A DNA stretch of 32,000 bases, taken from the NCBI RefSeq assembly GCF_009557235.1, contig NZ_CP045650.1:60001-92000 (forward strand), in the 5' to 3' direction. Positions 9,987 to 19,483 of the stretch are shown here, in pieces. The notes under the pieces are model-generated. The model was not told the origin of the DNA. It did no database searches and saw only the letters and a program-made list of their open reading frames with translations. Both the position numbers and the translations under genes were made by a program. The DNA comes from Acinetobacter wanghuae (GTDB lineage: Bacteria; Pseudomonadota; Gammaproteobacteria; Pseudomonadales; Moraxellaceae). The number at the start of each line of letters is the position of its first letter. Positions within the stretch are counted from its first letter, which is position 1.

Positions 9987-11258
9987 TTAAGATGCTTTAG
10001 ATTGTTTCGATTTTAAAATTTCGGTACGGAAGGTTTGTGCCAATTCCGCTGTTGCTGCATCCATGCCATTAAAGACAAAGGCATGACGGGTTAATACATT
10101 GGTTGGATTCGGCATACTGATTAATTCAAAGTGATCGGCAATCTCTTTCAGCAACGTGTTCGGTACATGCAATGCACTTTCTTTCGCGACCAATTGCTGT
10201 ACCAAGCGTTCTGCAGCTTGACTTGAACTCAATTGCATTTCTTCGATTGGGCAGGCAATGGCACTACGTGTTTGTAGTACAAAACGTTTTTCTTCACGAT
10301 AACGTTTATAAAGCACTTCAGAGAGTAATTGGAAAACTGAACTGATCATCGTCAAGCATGCCAATGCATTTGGCTTTTCAGAGCAAATGCTGATACTTGC
10401 GCCTTTCTCATCAAACTTATGCAAGGTCCAAATATCCGAACTATTCAATTTATAGTGCTGCAGACAAAGCTCAGTCGCTTTGTTTAAGAAGATTTGGCAC
10501 AAATTGAAATACGGTACAGAGACGGTTTTATTGACAGAGTCTAATAACTGCTTCGGATCGTAGTATTGAATATTTAACGATAAAGTCGGTTTTTCAGAAA
10601 CAGGTGCTTTTTCTTCCTGAGCCTTGGCTTTGTTTTGTGCCGCTTGTTGGGCTTGCGCGATCGTCAAAGCAGCATTATGTTTTTCTTGCTCTAAGGCTTG
10701 GGTCAAGGTTTGAATTTCAAACTTCAAGCGCGATTCATTATTAATCCGTGCCAAATACTCAGTACGGCTTGGACGGGCAATCGCACGATAAGCTAACCAA
10801 AGCAAAGCATGGAAAATGAGTGAGCATAAAATCGCGATCCATTGCGTACGTAAAATTTCACCAATACTTGGCTCAATCAACGTAATTTCAATAATGCCGA
10901 CTTTCTTTTCATTTTGCAGAGCATCACGAACAAAAACTTCACCTTCGCGAGTTTTGGTCAGACCACCGGTGGCAAGCACCTGCGCATTGGCATCCAAAAT
11001 ACGAATGGAAGCCACGCTCGGATTGGTGGCATAACGATTTGCCAGTAGCGCCAAAGACACTCGATTGGCTGGTTCCAGTTCAGTCAGACTATCTGTGACC
11101 AGTTGACTCGTAATGAGTTGACCCTGACTCGCACGGTTTTCATTTAGTTGGTGAGTCGTTGCTAATACCAATAAAAAGGTATGAAAAGCAAAACTTACAA
11201 TCAGTAGGCTAGCAAATAGCCCTTGTCTAGGCGCATTCAACGTAAACTTCCAAGGCAA
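9987..11258 (-). CDS. membrane protein with YtjB/Smp (AhpA)-like N-terminal half and a long uncharacterised C-terminal extension
   Basis: 423-aa ORF with a TTG start. Layout is TM, about 110 aa, TM, then a coiled-coil-like AQQAAQNKAKAQEEKA and about 200 further aa. It is divergent from serB, as smp/ytjB is in E. coli. The family call rests on synteny and topology only. Confidence 0.45.
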   Translation of the reverse strand: MPWKFTLNAPRQGLFASLLIVSFAFHTFLLVLATTHQLNENRASQGQLITSQLVTDSLTELEPANRVSLALLANRYATNPSVASIRILDANAQVLATGGLTKTREGEVFVRDALQNEKKVGIIEITLIEPSIGEILRTQWIAILCSLIFHALLWLAYRAIARPSRTEYLARINNESRLKFEIQTLTQALEQEKHNAALTIAQAQQAAQNKAKAQEEKAPVSEKPTLSLNIQYYDPKQLLDSVNKTVSVPYFNLCQIFLNKATELCLQHYKLNSSDIWTLHKFDEKGASISICSEKPNALACLTMISSVFQLLSEVLYKRYREEKRFVLQTRSAIACPIEEMQLSSSQAAERLVQQLVAKESALHVPNTLLKEIADHFELISMPNPTNVLTRHAFVFNGMDAATAELAQTFRTEILKSKQSKAS

Positions 11259-11317
11259 TTCTATTCAAATTCGATTATGATTCTTACAATAGTTGTAGCT
11301 CAGACCCGAGTCAATTC

Positions 11318-12538
11318 ATGCGAGAAATCATTCTTATATCATTCTTAGGACCTGACCAGCCTAATCAATTTACACGATTAATGCAGGTACTGTCCGCTTA
11401 TTCCTTACAGATTTTAGATGTGGGACAAGCGGTTATCCATAACCAACTGACTTTAGGTATTGTTGTATCGTCTGATGACCAAACTGCAACAGCATTAGCC
11501 ATGAAGGAAATCCTGATTCTAGCACATGATATCGGGTTAACAGTGCGCTTTAAACCGATCTCTGCAACTGTTTATGATCAATGGGTAAAAGAAGGCGGTC
11601 GTACACGTTATATCGTGACGGCTTTAGCCCCTGAATTAAAAGCATCTCATCTACAAGCTGTGACAAATATTGTTTCAAGTCAGGGCTTTAATATTGAAAC
11701 GGTGACTCGACTGTCAGGTCGTCCAGAACTTGATGGTTCAAGCATCGGTCCAAAGCGTGCTTGTGTTGAATTTGGCCTAAAAGGTCAAATGCTCGATGCT
11801 GCAGCGATGCGTGGGGCATGTTTACGTTTATCGACTGAACTGAATGTCGATGTCGCGGTGCAAGAGGACAATGCATATCGTCGTAACCGCCGTTTGGTAT
11901 GCTTCGATATGGACTCAACGCTGATTGAGCAAGAAGTGATTGATGAGCTTGCGATTGAAGCGGGTGTAGGCGCTCAAGTGGCTGAAATCACAGAGCGTGC
12001 GATGCAAGGTGAACTGGACTTCCAAGCGAGCTTCCGTGCGCGCGTTGCCTTACTCAAAGGTATGGATGCATCGGTACTGCCAAAAATTGCAGAACGCCTC
12101 ACCATTACGGAGGGTGCAGAGCGTCTAATCTCAACGCTTAAATCATTAGGCTACCGTACCGCGATTCTATCAGGTGGTTTCCAGTACTTTGCAGAGTATC
12201 TTCAAGCCAAATTGGGAATTGATGAAGTCCATGCCAATATTTTGGATGTACAAGATGGCATGGTGACAGGTGAAGTCAAAGGTCATATTGTCGATGGCGC
12301 GCGTAAAGCCTTGCTATTAACGCAAATTGCTGAAGATATGGGCATTTCACTAGAGCAAGCGATTGCAGTGGGTGATGGTGCGAATGATTTACCTATGCTC
12401 TCAATCGCAGGTTTAGGAGTCGCATTCCGCGCGAAACCTTTAGTACGTCAAAATGCCAATCAGGCAATTTCGAGTGTCGGTTTAGATGGTGTCTTGTACC
12501 TATTAGGTGTACACGACAAAGACTTAAATCGCGTTTAA
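11318..12538 (+). CDS. serB: phosphoserine phosphatase with N-terminal ACT-like regulatory domains
   Basis: HAD motif I FDMDSTLIEQEVIDELA, motif IV GDGANDLPM, and an N-terminal extension of about 190 aa as in Pseudomonas-type SerB. Confidence 0.92.
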   Translation: MREIILISFLGPDQPNQFTRLMQVLSAYSLQILDVGQAVIHNQLTLGIVVSSDDQTATALAMKEILILAHDIGLTVRFKPISATVYDQWVKEGGRTRYIVTALAPELKASHLQAVTNIVSSQGFNIETVTRLSGRPELDGSSIGPKRACVEFGLKGQMLDAAAMRGACLRLSTELNVDVAVQEDNAYRRNRRLVCFDMDSTLIEQEVIDELAIEAGVGAQVAEITERAMQGELDFQASFRARVALLKGMDASVLPKIAERLTITEGAERLISTLKSLGYRTAILSGGFQYFAEYLQAKLGIDEVHANILDVQDGMVTGEVKGHIVDGARKALLLTQIAEDMGISLEQAIAVGDGANDLPMLSIAGLGVAFRAKPLVRQNANQAISSVGLDGVLYLLGVHDKDLNRV

Positions 12539-12562
12539 AACTGAGAAGATAATCCTAAAAAC

Positions 12563-12584
12563 GCGCCTTTTAAGGCGCATTTTT
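12563..12584 (+). terminator. rho-independent terminator after serB
   Basis: GCGCC-TTTTAA-GGCGC followed by ATTTTT. Confidence 0.7.
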
Positions 12585-12949
12585 ATTTGTGTGATGCGTG
12601 CCAATATGAAAATTCAGAGCAGGTACATGTTGGAAAAAACGATCAAGTTAAATGGAAAATAAATATTTTGAGCTTAAAAAATAAGGTATTTTTTTGTAAT
12701 GACACGCCAAGTGTGGCGCAGCAAATGTTCTAGAAAATATATAAAAATAAAATGTGTAATGACAAAATAATATCGCGACAGGATATGTCGTTTTGGCAAA
12801 AAGCAGGACTTTTCTTCAGCTAAAAACTCATCATAATGCTTGCATAGAGATACAAATGAACACATTCCATTAATGGTATTAACGAAATTCAATAGACAGC
12901 GGTGCTTTCAAATACATAGCATGGTATGTCTTTGGACGGAGGGGATTAT

Positions 12950-13285
12950 ATGTTGACAGCGAATTTAGCAACCTTGCTTGGTTTAGGCTTAGTGGCTGCG
13001 GCTGTACTTGCTGTTTTGTTCTCGCCTTATCGCCGCTGGTTAAGTTTTATGGTTGCCGGAATGTTGGTCTGGGGTTTGATTGAGGTCATTCGTTTTGGTA
13101 CGCAAACCTTATTTGAGCTACCAATGACTTACAGCTATTTAGCAGCATTAACCACAGTGATGGTGGTGGTGACTTTATTATTATTACGTGAAGACCGCCG
13201 TGCAGAACGTGCTTCGGTTAAACGCCACTGCATTGAACATACGCCTGTGTATGAAGATGATCAGCAGCAGTTACCAAGCCGTTAA
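12950..13285 (+). CDS. small integral membrane protein, function unknown
   Basis: Three hydrophobic segments. GGAGG lies 7 nt upstream of ATG 12950 (track start 12926). A terminator follows. Confidence 0.6.
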   Translation: MLTANLATLLGLGLVAAAVLAVLFSPYRRWLSFMVAGMLVWGLIEVIRFGTQTLFELPMTYSYLAALTTVMVVVTLLLLREDRRAERASVKRHCIEHTPVYEDDQQQLPSR

Positions 13286-13302
13286 AAAGAGATAAGAATA
13301 AG

Positions 13303-13330
13303 AAAAAATGCACCTACGGGTGCATTTTTC
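13303..13330 (+). terminator. rho-independent terminator
   Basis: ATGCACC-TACG-GGTGCAT followed by TTTT. Confidence 0.75.
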
Positions 13331-13425
13331 ATGACAGCAATATGATACAAACACACTGCTCAGCGTGACTTCGATTTATGCTAGGATATCTGTCGAATTT
13401 TGTACAATTATAATAGGCACACTTC

Positions 13426-13905
13426 ATGAAACTGTCGTCAATTCCTGTCCTTAAACTTCCGTTGGTCGATGTCAGCACAGATCCTCTAGATTTGTTAGTT
13501 GCAGCTCTGGCTTTACGTATGAAGCAATTGGCTCGTACGAGTCCTAAATTTATTGAACTCGTACATGAACGTCAGTTCCGTATTCAAATTGGTACAGATC
13601 TTGGTTTAGCGCGTCAAATTATTGTCAACAATGGCGAGATTGAAAGCGTATCAGGCAGCGACACGCCTGCAGATTTTGTATTGCAATTTGCAGACAGCGA
13701 ACAGGGTGTGAAAACCTTAGTCAAAGGTGACCCAACTGCATTTATGACGGGCATGCAAAACGGTACTATTAAAATGGAAGGTGACTTTGGTTTATTGGTG
13801 TGGTTTAATCAAGTAGCGAAAATGATTCCGCCAAAATTGCCAAAACCAGTGAAAGAAAAAATTAAATTTGCACGTGCATTTATTAAAGAAAAAACTGGTA
13901 AATAA
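13426..13905 (+). CDS. SCP2 sterol-binding-domain protein
   Basis: 159 aa. The C-terminal GDPTAFMTGMQNGTIKMEGDFGLLVWF resembles the SCP2 fold signature. Confidence 0.7.
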   Translation: MKLSSIPVLKLPLVDVSTDPLDLLVAALALRMKQLARTSPKFIELVHERQFRIQIGTDLGLARQIIVNNGEIESVSGSDTPADFVLQFADSEQGVKTLVKGDPTAFMTGMQNGTIKMEGDFGLLVWFNQVAKMIPPKLPKPVKEKIKFARAFIKEKTGK

Positions 13906-13917
13906 ATAATCTTCCTG

Positions 13918-13959
13918 ATTTCCCCCTCCTTTGAAAAAGGAGGGGCTAGGGGAGGATTT
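13918..13959 (-). repeat. REP-like GC-rich palindromic element, copy A
   Basis: CCCCTCCTTT (13923-13932) pairs with AAAGGAGGGG (13936-13945) around a 3-nt loop, followed by CTAGGGGAGGATTT. Its reverse complement aligns with the copies at 21183-21216 and 21241-21278. Confidence 0.7.
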
Positions 13960-13967
13960 ATTAATCC

Positions 13968-15021
13968 CTTAGATTAGCATTTGAAGTGCAACACCATGTT
14001 GTTGCCATAATACCTGACTCGGACTTTTAAAGCCGAGTCTTTTTCTTGGACGATGATTGATACGGGCTGTTATTTCTGAAATATATTCGTCCGTATACTG
14101 ATTTAAGTTACTTCCTTTTCTAATGTATTGTCTGACTAAGCCATTAGTATTTTCATTCGTACCTCGTTGCCAAGCGCTATAAGGATCTGCGAAATACCAA
14201 TCTATTTCTAATGCTTGAGCAGCATATTCATGCAGACTAAACTCCTTACCATTATCTGCGGTAATTGTTTTGAGTTGATGCTTAATTGGCTCAAGTAAAC
14301 TGATCGTTGTTTGGCAAACTTCTTCTGCTTTGCGTGAGCTACACTTCTTCAACCACAAATAACCTGTCTTGCGATCTACAATTGAGACCAATGATTGCTG
14401 ATGATTCTTACCCACAATCGTATCTATCTCTAGATCACCAAAACGATGACGCTGTTCAATCTCAATCGGTCTATCATGAATGCTTTTACGATTAGCCAGT
14501 TGACCACGAGTTTCAGGAGAGCCGTATTTCCTCTTTCTTTGATTTCTGAACCGTAGGTGATGAAAGAGAGTACCGCCCTTATTTTTATCCTGTCGTATTA
14601 AACGATAAATTGAATGCAGGCTGACTGAAACACGAGAAGCAATCTGTTCAGGACTCCATTGAAGTTCAAGATAAAAGATGACATGTGCCCATATTTCATC
14701 AGGGATTCTTTTAGGATTGGAGCAATGGCGTCTTCGAGCGAGTTTACTGGCATGCTTAGCGAAATAACCATTTCTAGCTCGATTACGATTGATTTCTCTA
14801 GAAATAGTGGAAGGTGAACGATTCAGTCTCCAAGCAATATAACGTTTAGAAAATCCTTCACGTAACAATGTAGAAATCTGATATCTTTCTTCTTGAGTAA
14901 GATGAGTATAGTTCATGATGCAACTTTGACTTTGACTTTGGTCGGTCGGAAGCAAAAGGCTAGCTCATCTTGCTTCTTTCCAATAATTTAATCTCTGTTG
15001 CACTTCATTTGAGAATCTAAG
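13968..15021 (-). mobile_element. IS30-family insertion sequence (about 1.05 kb)
   Basis: Imperfect terminal inverted repeats: CTTAGATTAGCATTTGAAGTGCAACA (13968-13993) versus the reverse complement of 14996-15021, CTTAGATTCTCAAATGAAGTGCAACA (22/26 identical). They enclose a single transposase gene. The ends resemble ISAba125/IS18-type ends from memory, unverified. Confidence 0.8.
13969..14916 (-). CDS. IS30-family DDE transposase
   Basis: N-terminal HTH (MNYTHLTQEERYQISTLLREGFSKRYIAWRLNRSPSTISREINRN) and a DDE triad context (LEIDTIVG, ITADNGKEF, NENTNGLVRQY). I prefer ATG 14916 over the track start 14955. The stop codon lies inside the terminal IR. Confidence 0.9.
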   Translation of the reverse strand: MNYTHLTQEERYQISTLLREGFSKRYIAWRLNRSPSTISREINRNRARNGYFAKHASKLARRRHCSNPKRIPDEIWAHVIFYLELQWSPEQIASRVSVSLHSIYRLIRQDKNKGGTLFHHLRFRNQRKRKYGSPETRGQLANRKSIHDRPIEIEQRHRFGDLEIDTIVGKNHQQSLVSIVDRKTGYLWLKKCSSRKAEEVCQTTISLLEPIKHQLKTITADNGKEFSLHEYAAQALEIDWYFADPYSAWQRGTNENTNGLVRQYIRKGSNLNQYTDEYISEITARINHRPRKRLGFKSPSQVLWQQHGVALQMLI

Positions 15022-15024
15022 ATC

Positions 15025-15055
15025 AAAAAAAGCCCTCAAACTTGAGGGCTTTTTC
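15025..15055. terminator. bidirectional terminator downstream of dtd
   Basis: AAAAAAAGCCCTC-AAACTT-GAGGGCTTTTT. Confidence 0.8.
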
Positions 15056-15086
15056 TTGGAATTTTGCGCTGAATCTTGAGCGGGAA

Positions 15087-15527
15087 TTATTCTACTTCTA
15101 AATTAAACGTCACAGGTCCATCATTGACCAAATGCACTTTCATATCCGCTGCAAAGATACCTGTTTGTACATTTTCAAACTGGGACTTTGCATATTCAAC
15201 CAATTGCTCATACAGCTCTTTTGCTGCAGCAGGCGGCATGGCAGGCCCAAAATCTGGACGTAAGCCTTTTGTAGTTTGTGCCATTAAGGTGAACTGTGAA
15301 ACCAAAAGTAAACCGCCGCCCGCTTGAGTAATATTCCAACCCATTTTGCCATCTTCATCATCAAAGAAACGATATTTCAATATCTTATCAATCAGCTTTT
15401 TGCCTTTTTCTAACGTATCTTCTTTACCAATGCCTAAAAAAACCAAAATGCCGTGTTCAATTTGACCTGTGGTTTCGCCGTCGACCACCACTTTGGCTTC
15501 AAGAACTCGTTGTAAAAGCGCGCGCAT
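15087..15527 (-). CDS. dtd: D-aminoacyl-tRNA deacylase
   Basis: 146 aa beginning MRALLQRV...VVDGE..G.I..G.LVFLG, with SQFTL and a GPVT C-terminal motif. The length matches Dtd. Confidence 0.93.
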   Translation of the reverse strand: MRALLQRVLEAKVVVDGETTGQIEHGILVFLGIGKEDTLEKGKKLIDKILKYRFFDDEDGKMGWNITQAGGGLLLVSQFTLMAQTTKGLRPDFGPAMPPAAAKELYEQLVEYAKSQFENVQTGIFAADMKVHLVNDGPVTFNLEVE

Positions 15528-15750
15528 ATGTTTCCCAATTGGCTGCTGTGAAATCGGGGCTATTGTAGCAAAAGCCCAATCGGCTGCGCAGCGTCAGGTA
15601 AAAAACAGCTTAATGGCTAAATCCAAATACAAAAAAATAAGATCATTTAATAATTCGATTGAAATGATAAATTTTATCCGTTTTATCTATTTTTTGTTCT
15701 CACGTATCTTTCTCGGTGCAGGAAAGGTATTTAACAGAGAGATTAAGACG

Positions 15751-17269
15751 ATGTTTAAGCGTTCTTTATTGGTTGCGATGTTAGCAACAGCGACAGCGGC
15801 GACTCAAGCAGCGCCATTAACCAAAGACAATGGTGCACCAGTAGGCGATAACCAAAACTCGATTACTGCAGGTGAACACGGTTCAGTTCTGCTTCAAGAC
15901 GTTCAATTGGTTCAAAAATTACAACGTTTCGGTCGTGAGCGTATTCCTGAACGTGTTGTACACGCACGTGGTACAGGTGCTTATGGTGAATTCGTAGCGA
16001 CTAAAGATCTATCTGATCTTACTATTGCTTCATTATTCAACGCAGGGACTAAAACGCCTGTATTCTTACGCTTCTCTACAGTAATTCACGGTAAGCACTC
16101 GCCAGAAACTTTACGTGATCCGCATGGTTTCGCGATCAAGTTCTACACGCAAGAAGGTAACTGGGACTTGGTGGGTAACCAAACGCCTGTATTCTTCATC
16201 CGTGATGCGATCAAGTTCCCTGACTTCATTCACGCAATGAAGCCAAGCCCAATTGACAACGTTCAAGATGCGAACCGTGTATTCGACTTCTTGTCTAGCC
16301 AGCCATGGGCAACAAACATGTTGACTTATGTGTATGGTAACCAAGGTGTTCCAACGAGCTACCGCGAGCAAGATGGTTTCGGTGTACACGCATTTAAACT
16401 GTACAACGATAAAGGCGAATACAAATACGTGAAGTTCAACTTCCGCTCTAAACAAGGCGTGAAAGGTCTGAACGTGAAAGAAGCTAGCGAGTTACAAGGT
16501 AAAGACTTCAACCACCTAACGAATGATCTTTACAAGAACATCAACGCGGGTAACTTCCCGAAATGGGATTTGTATATCCAAGTGTTAGATCCTAAAGATC
16601 TCAACAGCTTTGATTTCGATCCGCTAGATCCAACCAAAATCTGGCCAACGAACTTAGTTCCAGAAACTAAAGTCGGTACATTGACGCTGAACCGTATGCC
16701 GAAAAACTTCTTCCAAGAAACGGGAACAAGTGGCATTGGCACCGGGTAACTTAGTTCCAGGGATCGAGCCATCAGAAGACCGTCTATTACAAGGTCGTAT
16801 CTTCTCTTACTCAGATACGCAAATGTACCGTTTAGGTGCTAACCACCAGCAAATTCCAGTAAACCGTCCATTGGTAAATGTGAACAACAACAACCAAGAT
16901 GGTTACATGAACCTTGGCGGTACTTCATCTAACGTGAACTATGAACCAAGCCGTATTGAGCCAAAACCCGCAACTGCGAAAGCACGTGCGGTAGAAACTC
17001 CGCTTTCTGGCACAGTTCAACAACGTGGTGTGAAAGAGCAAAACTTCAAGCAAGCGGGTGAACTTTACCGTTCATACACTGCGAAAGAAAAAGACGACTT
17101 AATCATGAACTTAGCGGCTGACCTTGGCAACGTTAAAGATTCAGAAACCAAACACATCATGTTGTCTTACTTCTACAAAGCAGATGCTGATTACGGTACA
17201 CGTATGACTAAAGCTGTAAACGGTAACCTTGCAACTGTAAAAGCGAAAGCAGCAAAACTTAAAGACTAA
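15751..17269 (+). pseudogene. katB: monofunctional haem catalase with Sec signal peptide, split by a +1 frameshift (extra G in 16722-16724)
   Basis: The two track ORFs (15469..16749 and 16730..17269) join as ...[39 protein letters not shown] once one G is removed. The distal-His signature FGRERIPERVVHARGTGA is in the first part and the proximal-Tyr signature RIFSYSDTQ in the second. The real start is ATG 15751 (MFKRSLLVAMLATATAATQAAP). 1519 nt equals 506 codons plus 1 nt. The symbol is by analogy with P. aeruginosa katB-ankB. Confidence 0.85.
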
Positions 17270-17455
17270 TTTCGATCAGTCTGAAGTATTGGTGACTAGG
17301 GTTTAAGACTTCACCTCAAGAAAGTCCTGTAAAATTCCAAACCTTTCCTGCACCCTAGGGGGAGTTTTACAGGCACTCGGTTGTATCTGTTTTATCTAAT
17401 CGGAAATGAAATGCCTGACATTTCTTTCTACATTCGATTTCTGTTGGAGTTCATC

Positions 17456-17980
17456 ATGGGTGGTATGCAACGTATCATTTTAGCCAGTATTCTTACGTTT
17501 AGCTCCGCATTCGCACACGTAGCGATCGCAAAGGATATCTCCCCCGCTAAAAGCGCGGCTAGCGCTCAGATGACCTCACAACAGGAATTGATAGCGCTGT
17601 TCTTTGCCGCAGCGAAAACCGGCAATGATGAAGTGATTAATGAATTTCTCAAGCATGGTTTTCCAGTCGATGTACGTAATGTCGATGGCTATACCCCATT
17701 GATGATGGCGGCCTATTATGGTCAGCAAAGCATTGTCAGCACTTTGCTGCTGAAACATGGTGCTGACCGCTGTGCGCGTGATAAAAAAGGCAATACTGCT
17801 TTAATGGGTGCTTTATTTAAAATGGAATTTGCTGTCGCTAAACAATTGCGTAGCGTCGATTGTGATGCTAATGCTAAAAAAACCGGTCAAAAAACCACAG
17901 CAGAATTTGCCAAAGTGATTGGGCAAGAAAAGCAGTTACAAAAAATTATTCAAGAAGCGGAAAAATCGAAATCAAAATAA
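17456..17980 (+). CDS. ankB: ankyrin-repeat protein with signal peptide (AnkB-like catalase accessory protein)
   Basis: Ankyrin repeats (GNDEVINEFLKHGFPVDVRNVDGYTPLMMAAYYGQQSIVSTLLLKHGAD...KKGNTALMGA). GGAG lies 6 nt upstream of ATG 17456. It sits immediately downstream of a catalase, as in P. aeruginosa katB-ankB. Confidence 0.8.
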   Translation: MGGMQRIILASILTFSSAFAHVAIAKDISPAKSAASAQMTSQQELIALFFAAAKTGNDEVINEFLKHGFPVDVRNVDGYTPLMMAAYYGQQSIVSTLLLKHGADRCARDKKGNTALMGALFKMEFAVAKQLRSVDCDANAKKTGQKTTAEFAKVIGQEKQLQKIIQEAEKSKSK

Positions 17981-18108
17981 GTGATTTCTTTAGAAGACTT
18001 TAGTCTAAATAATGCTCCATTTTTTCATTTGGCTGTATGTAAAACCTGCAATATTTTGCTTGTATTTATGCTTTAATGAAATGAAGTACAGCGATATTAC
18101 CTTTAGTT

Positions 18109-19314
18109 ATGGCGCCAATCATTCATTCTTTGTTAGATACGGACTTGTACAAATTCACGATGTTACAAGTGGTCTTGCATAAATTTCCGCAAACACACAG
18201 TGTCTATCATTTCCGTTGTCGTAACCTTGAGGATACAGTCTATCCTTTGGTTGAAATCCTTGATGAATTGAATGAACAGCTCGATTTACTCTGTACCTTA
18301 AATTTTAAAGAAGATGAGTTGCAGTATCTGCGTAGCTTACGTTTTATCAAAAGTGACTTTGTCGATTATCTTGAATTATTCCAACTTAAACGTCGTTTTA
18401 TTAAAGCCAGTATCGACAGTGAAGGTCGCTTAGACATTTGGGTTGAAGGACCGATGGTACAAGCGATGATGTTTGAAATCTTCGTTTTAGCCATCGTGAA
18501 TGAACTGTATTTCCGACGTATTCGTTCTGATGCTGTTTTGGCAGAAGGACAGCGTCGTTTAGATGCAAAAGTTGAATTGCTGAAACATTATGCTGAATTA
18601 CAGGGTGCAGAAGAGCCACCATTCTTGGTATCTGATTTTGGTACGCGTCGTCGTTATAGCTTTGCGTGGCAAAAGCACGTGGTTGAAGAGCTACATAAAG
18701 CAGCACCGAATGTATTCCGCGGAACCAGCAATGTTTTACTCGCGAAAGAATTAGGCATCACCCCAATTGGTACGATGGCGCATGAATTCCTTCAAGCATT
18801 CCAAGCCTTAGATGTGCGGTTACGTAATTTCCAAAAATCTGCGCTGGAAACATGGGTACAAGAATACCGCGGTGATTTAGGTATTGCACTGACTGATGTC
18901 GTCGGTATGGATGCCTTCTTACGTGATTTTGATTTGTACTTTGCTAAATTATTTGATGGCTTACGTCATGACAGTGGCGATCCCTATGAATGGGGCGATA
19001 AAGCCTATGCCCATTACAAAAAGTTGAAAGTCGATAGTAAAACCAAAATGCTGACCTTTAGTGATGGTTTAAATATCGAAAAAGCATGGGCGTTGCATCA
19101 ATACTTTAAAGATCGATTCCAAGTCAGTTTTGGTATTGGCACCAATTTAACCAATGATATGGGACAAACCGCCCTGAATATCGTGTTGAAATTAGTGGAA
19201 TGCAATGGTCAATCGGTCGCTAAAATTTCCGATAGTCCGGGTAAAACCATGACGGATAATGATACCTTCTTGGCTTATTTACGTCAGGTCTTTGATATTA
19301 CTGAGCCTGCTTAA
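18109..19314 (+). CDS. pncB: nicotinate phosphoribosyltransferase
   Basis: 401 aa with [12 protein letters not shown] at the N-terminus, FGTRRR and GTMAHEF motifs. The length matches PncB. Confidence 0.93.
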   Translation: MAPIIHSLLDTDLYKFTMLQVVLHKFPQTHSVYHFRCRNLEDTVYPLVEILDELNEQLDLLCTLNFKEDELQYLRSLRFIKSDFVDYLELFQLKRRFIKASIDSEGRLDIWVEGPMVQAMMFEIFVLAIVNELYFRRIRSDAVLAEGQRRLDAKVELLKHYAELQGAEEPPFLVSDFGTRRRYSFAWQKHVVEELHKAAPNVFRGTSNVLLAKELGITPIGTMAHEFLQAFQALDVRLRNFQKSALETWVQEYRGDLGIALTDVVGMDAFLRDFDLYFAKLFDGLRHDSGDPYEWGDKAYAHYKKLKVDSKTKMLTFSDGLNIEKAWALHQYFKDRFQVSFGIGTNLTNDMGQTALNIVLKLVECNGQSVAKISDSPGKTMTDNDTFLAYLRQVFDITEPA

Positions 19315-19326
19315 ATCGATTGAAAA

Positions 19327-19357
19327 AAGCCGTCTTCGTTTTAAGGCGGTTTTTTTA
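19327..19357 (+). terminator. rho-independent terminator after pncB
   Basis: AAGCCGTCTT pairs with AAGGCGGTTT (10 bp including 2 G-U pairs), followed by a T-run. Confidence 0.7.
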
Positions 19358-19483
19358 TGTATTGTCATTTTTAAATCAATTTTTATCTCAAAAACTGCTA
19401 ATCATCACAATAAAAACAGCATATTTGCAAAAATGAGCTGTGCTAAGATCAAATAGATTTGAACGATAATAGCTTTGACGACC

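Noticed and set aside
12695-12795. Repeated word GTAATGACA (about 12697 and 12756) and small dyads (CGCCA-AGTG-TGGCG, CGACA-GGATA-TGTCG) upstream of the small membrane protein gene.
   Set aside because: The stems are only 5 bp and the 9-mer repeats just once in AT-rich DNA. That is insufficient to call an operator or terminator.
12674-12892. 72-aa minus-strand ORF in the serB-downstream spacer.
   Set aside because: It lies in extremely AT-rich sequence with a Phe/Ile/Tyr/Lys-biased composition, no RBS and no recognisable motif. It looks like a chance ORF.
15025-15055. Terminators with identical arms: AAAAAGCCCTCA..TGAGGGCTTTTT at 15025-15055 and 28927-28956, and AGCCTGC..GCAGGCTTTTTT at 8055-8077 and 9951-9973, as possible dispersed repeat families.
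   Set aside because: The stems are short and follow the generic A-run / GC-stem / T-run terminator grammar. The loops and flanks differ. Convergent sequence constraints explain the similarity.
15469-15750. Long N-terminal extension of the catalase ORF in the track (start 15469), overlapping the dtd start.
   Set aside because: The extension has no catalase similarity and overlaps dtd and the promoter region. A canonical signal peptide begins at ATG 15751, which gives a normal catalase length.
16715-16730. Programmed ribosomal frameshifting as the explanation for the catalase split.
   Set aside because: There is no slippery heptamer, no downstream stimulatory structure that I can see, and no precedent in catalases. 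A simple 1-nt insertion or a base-calling error is more parsimonious.
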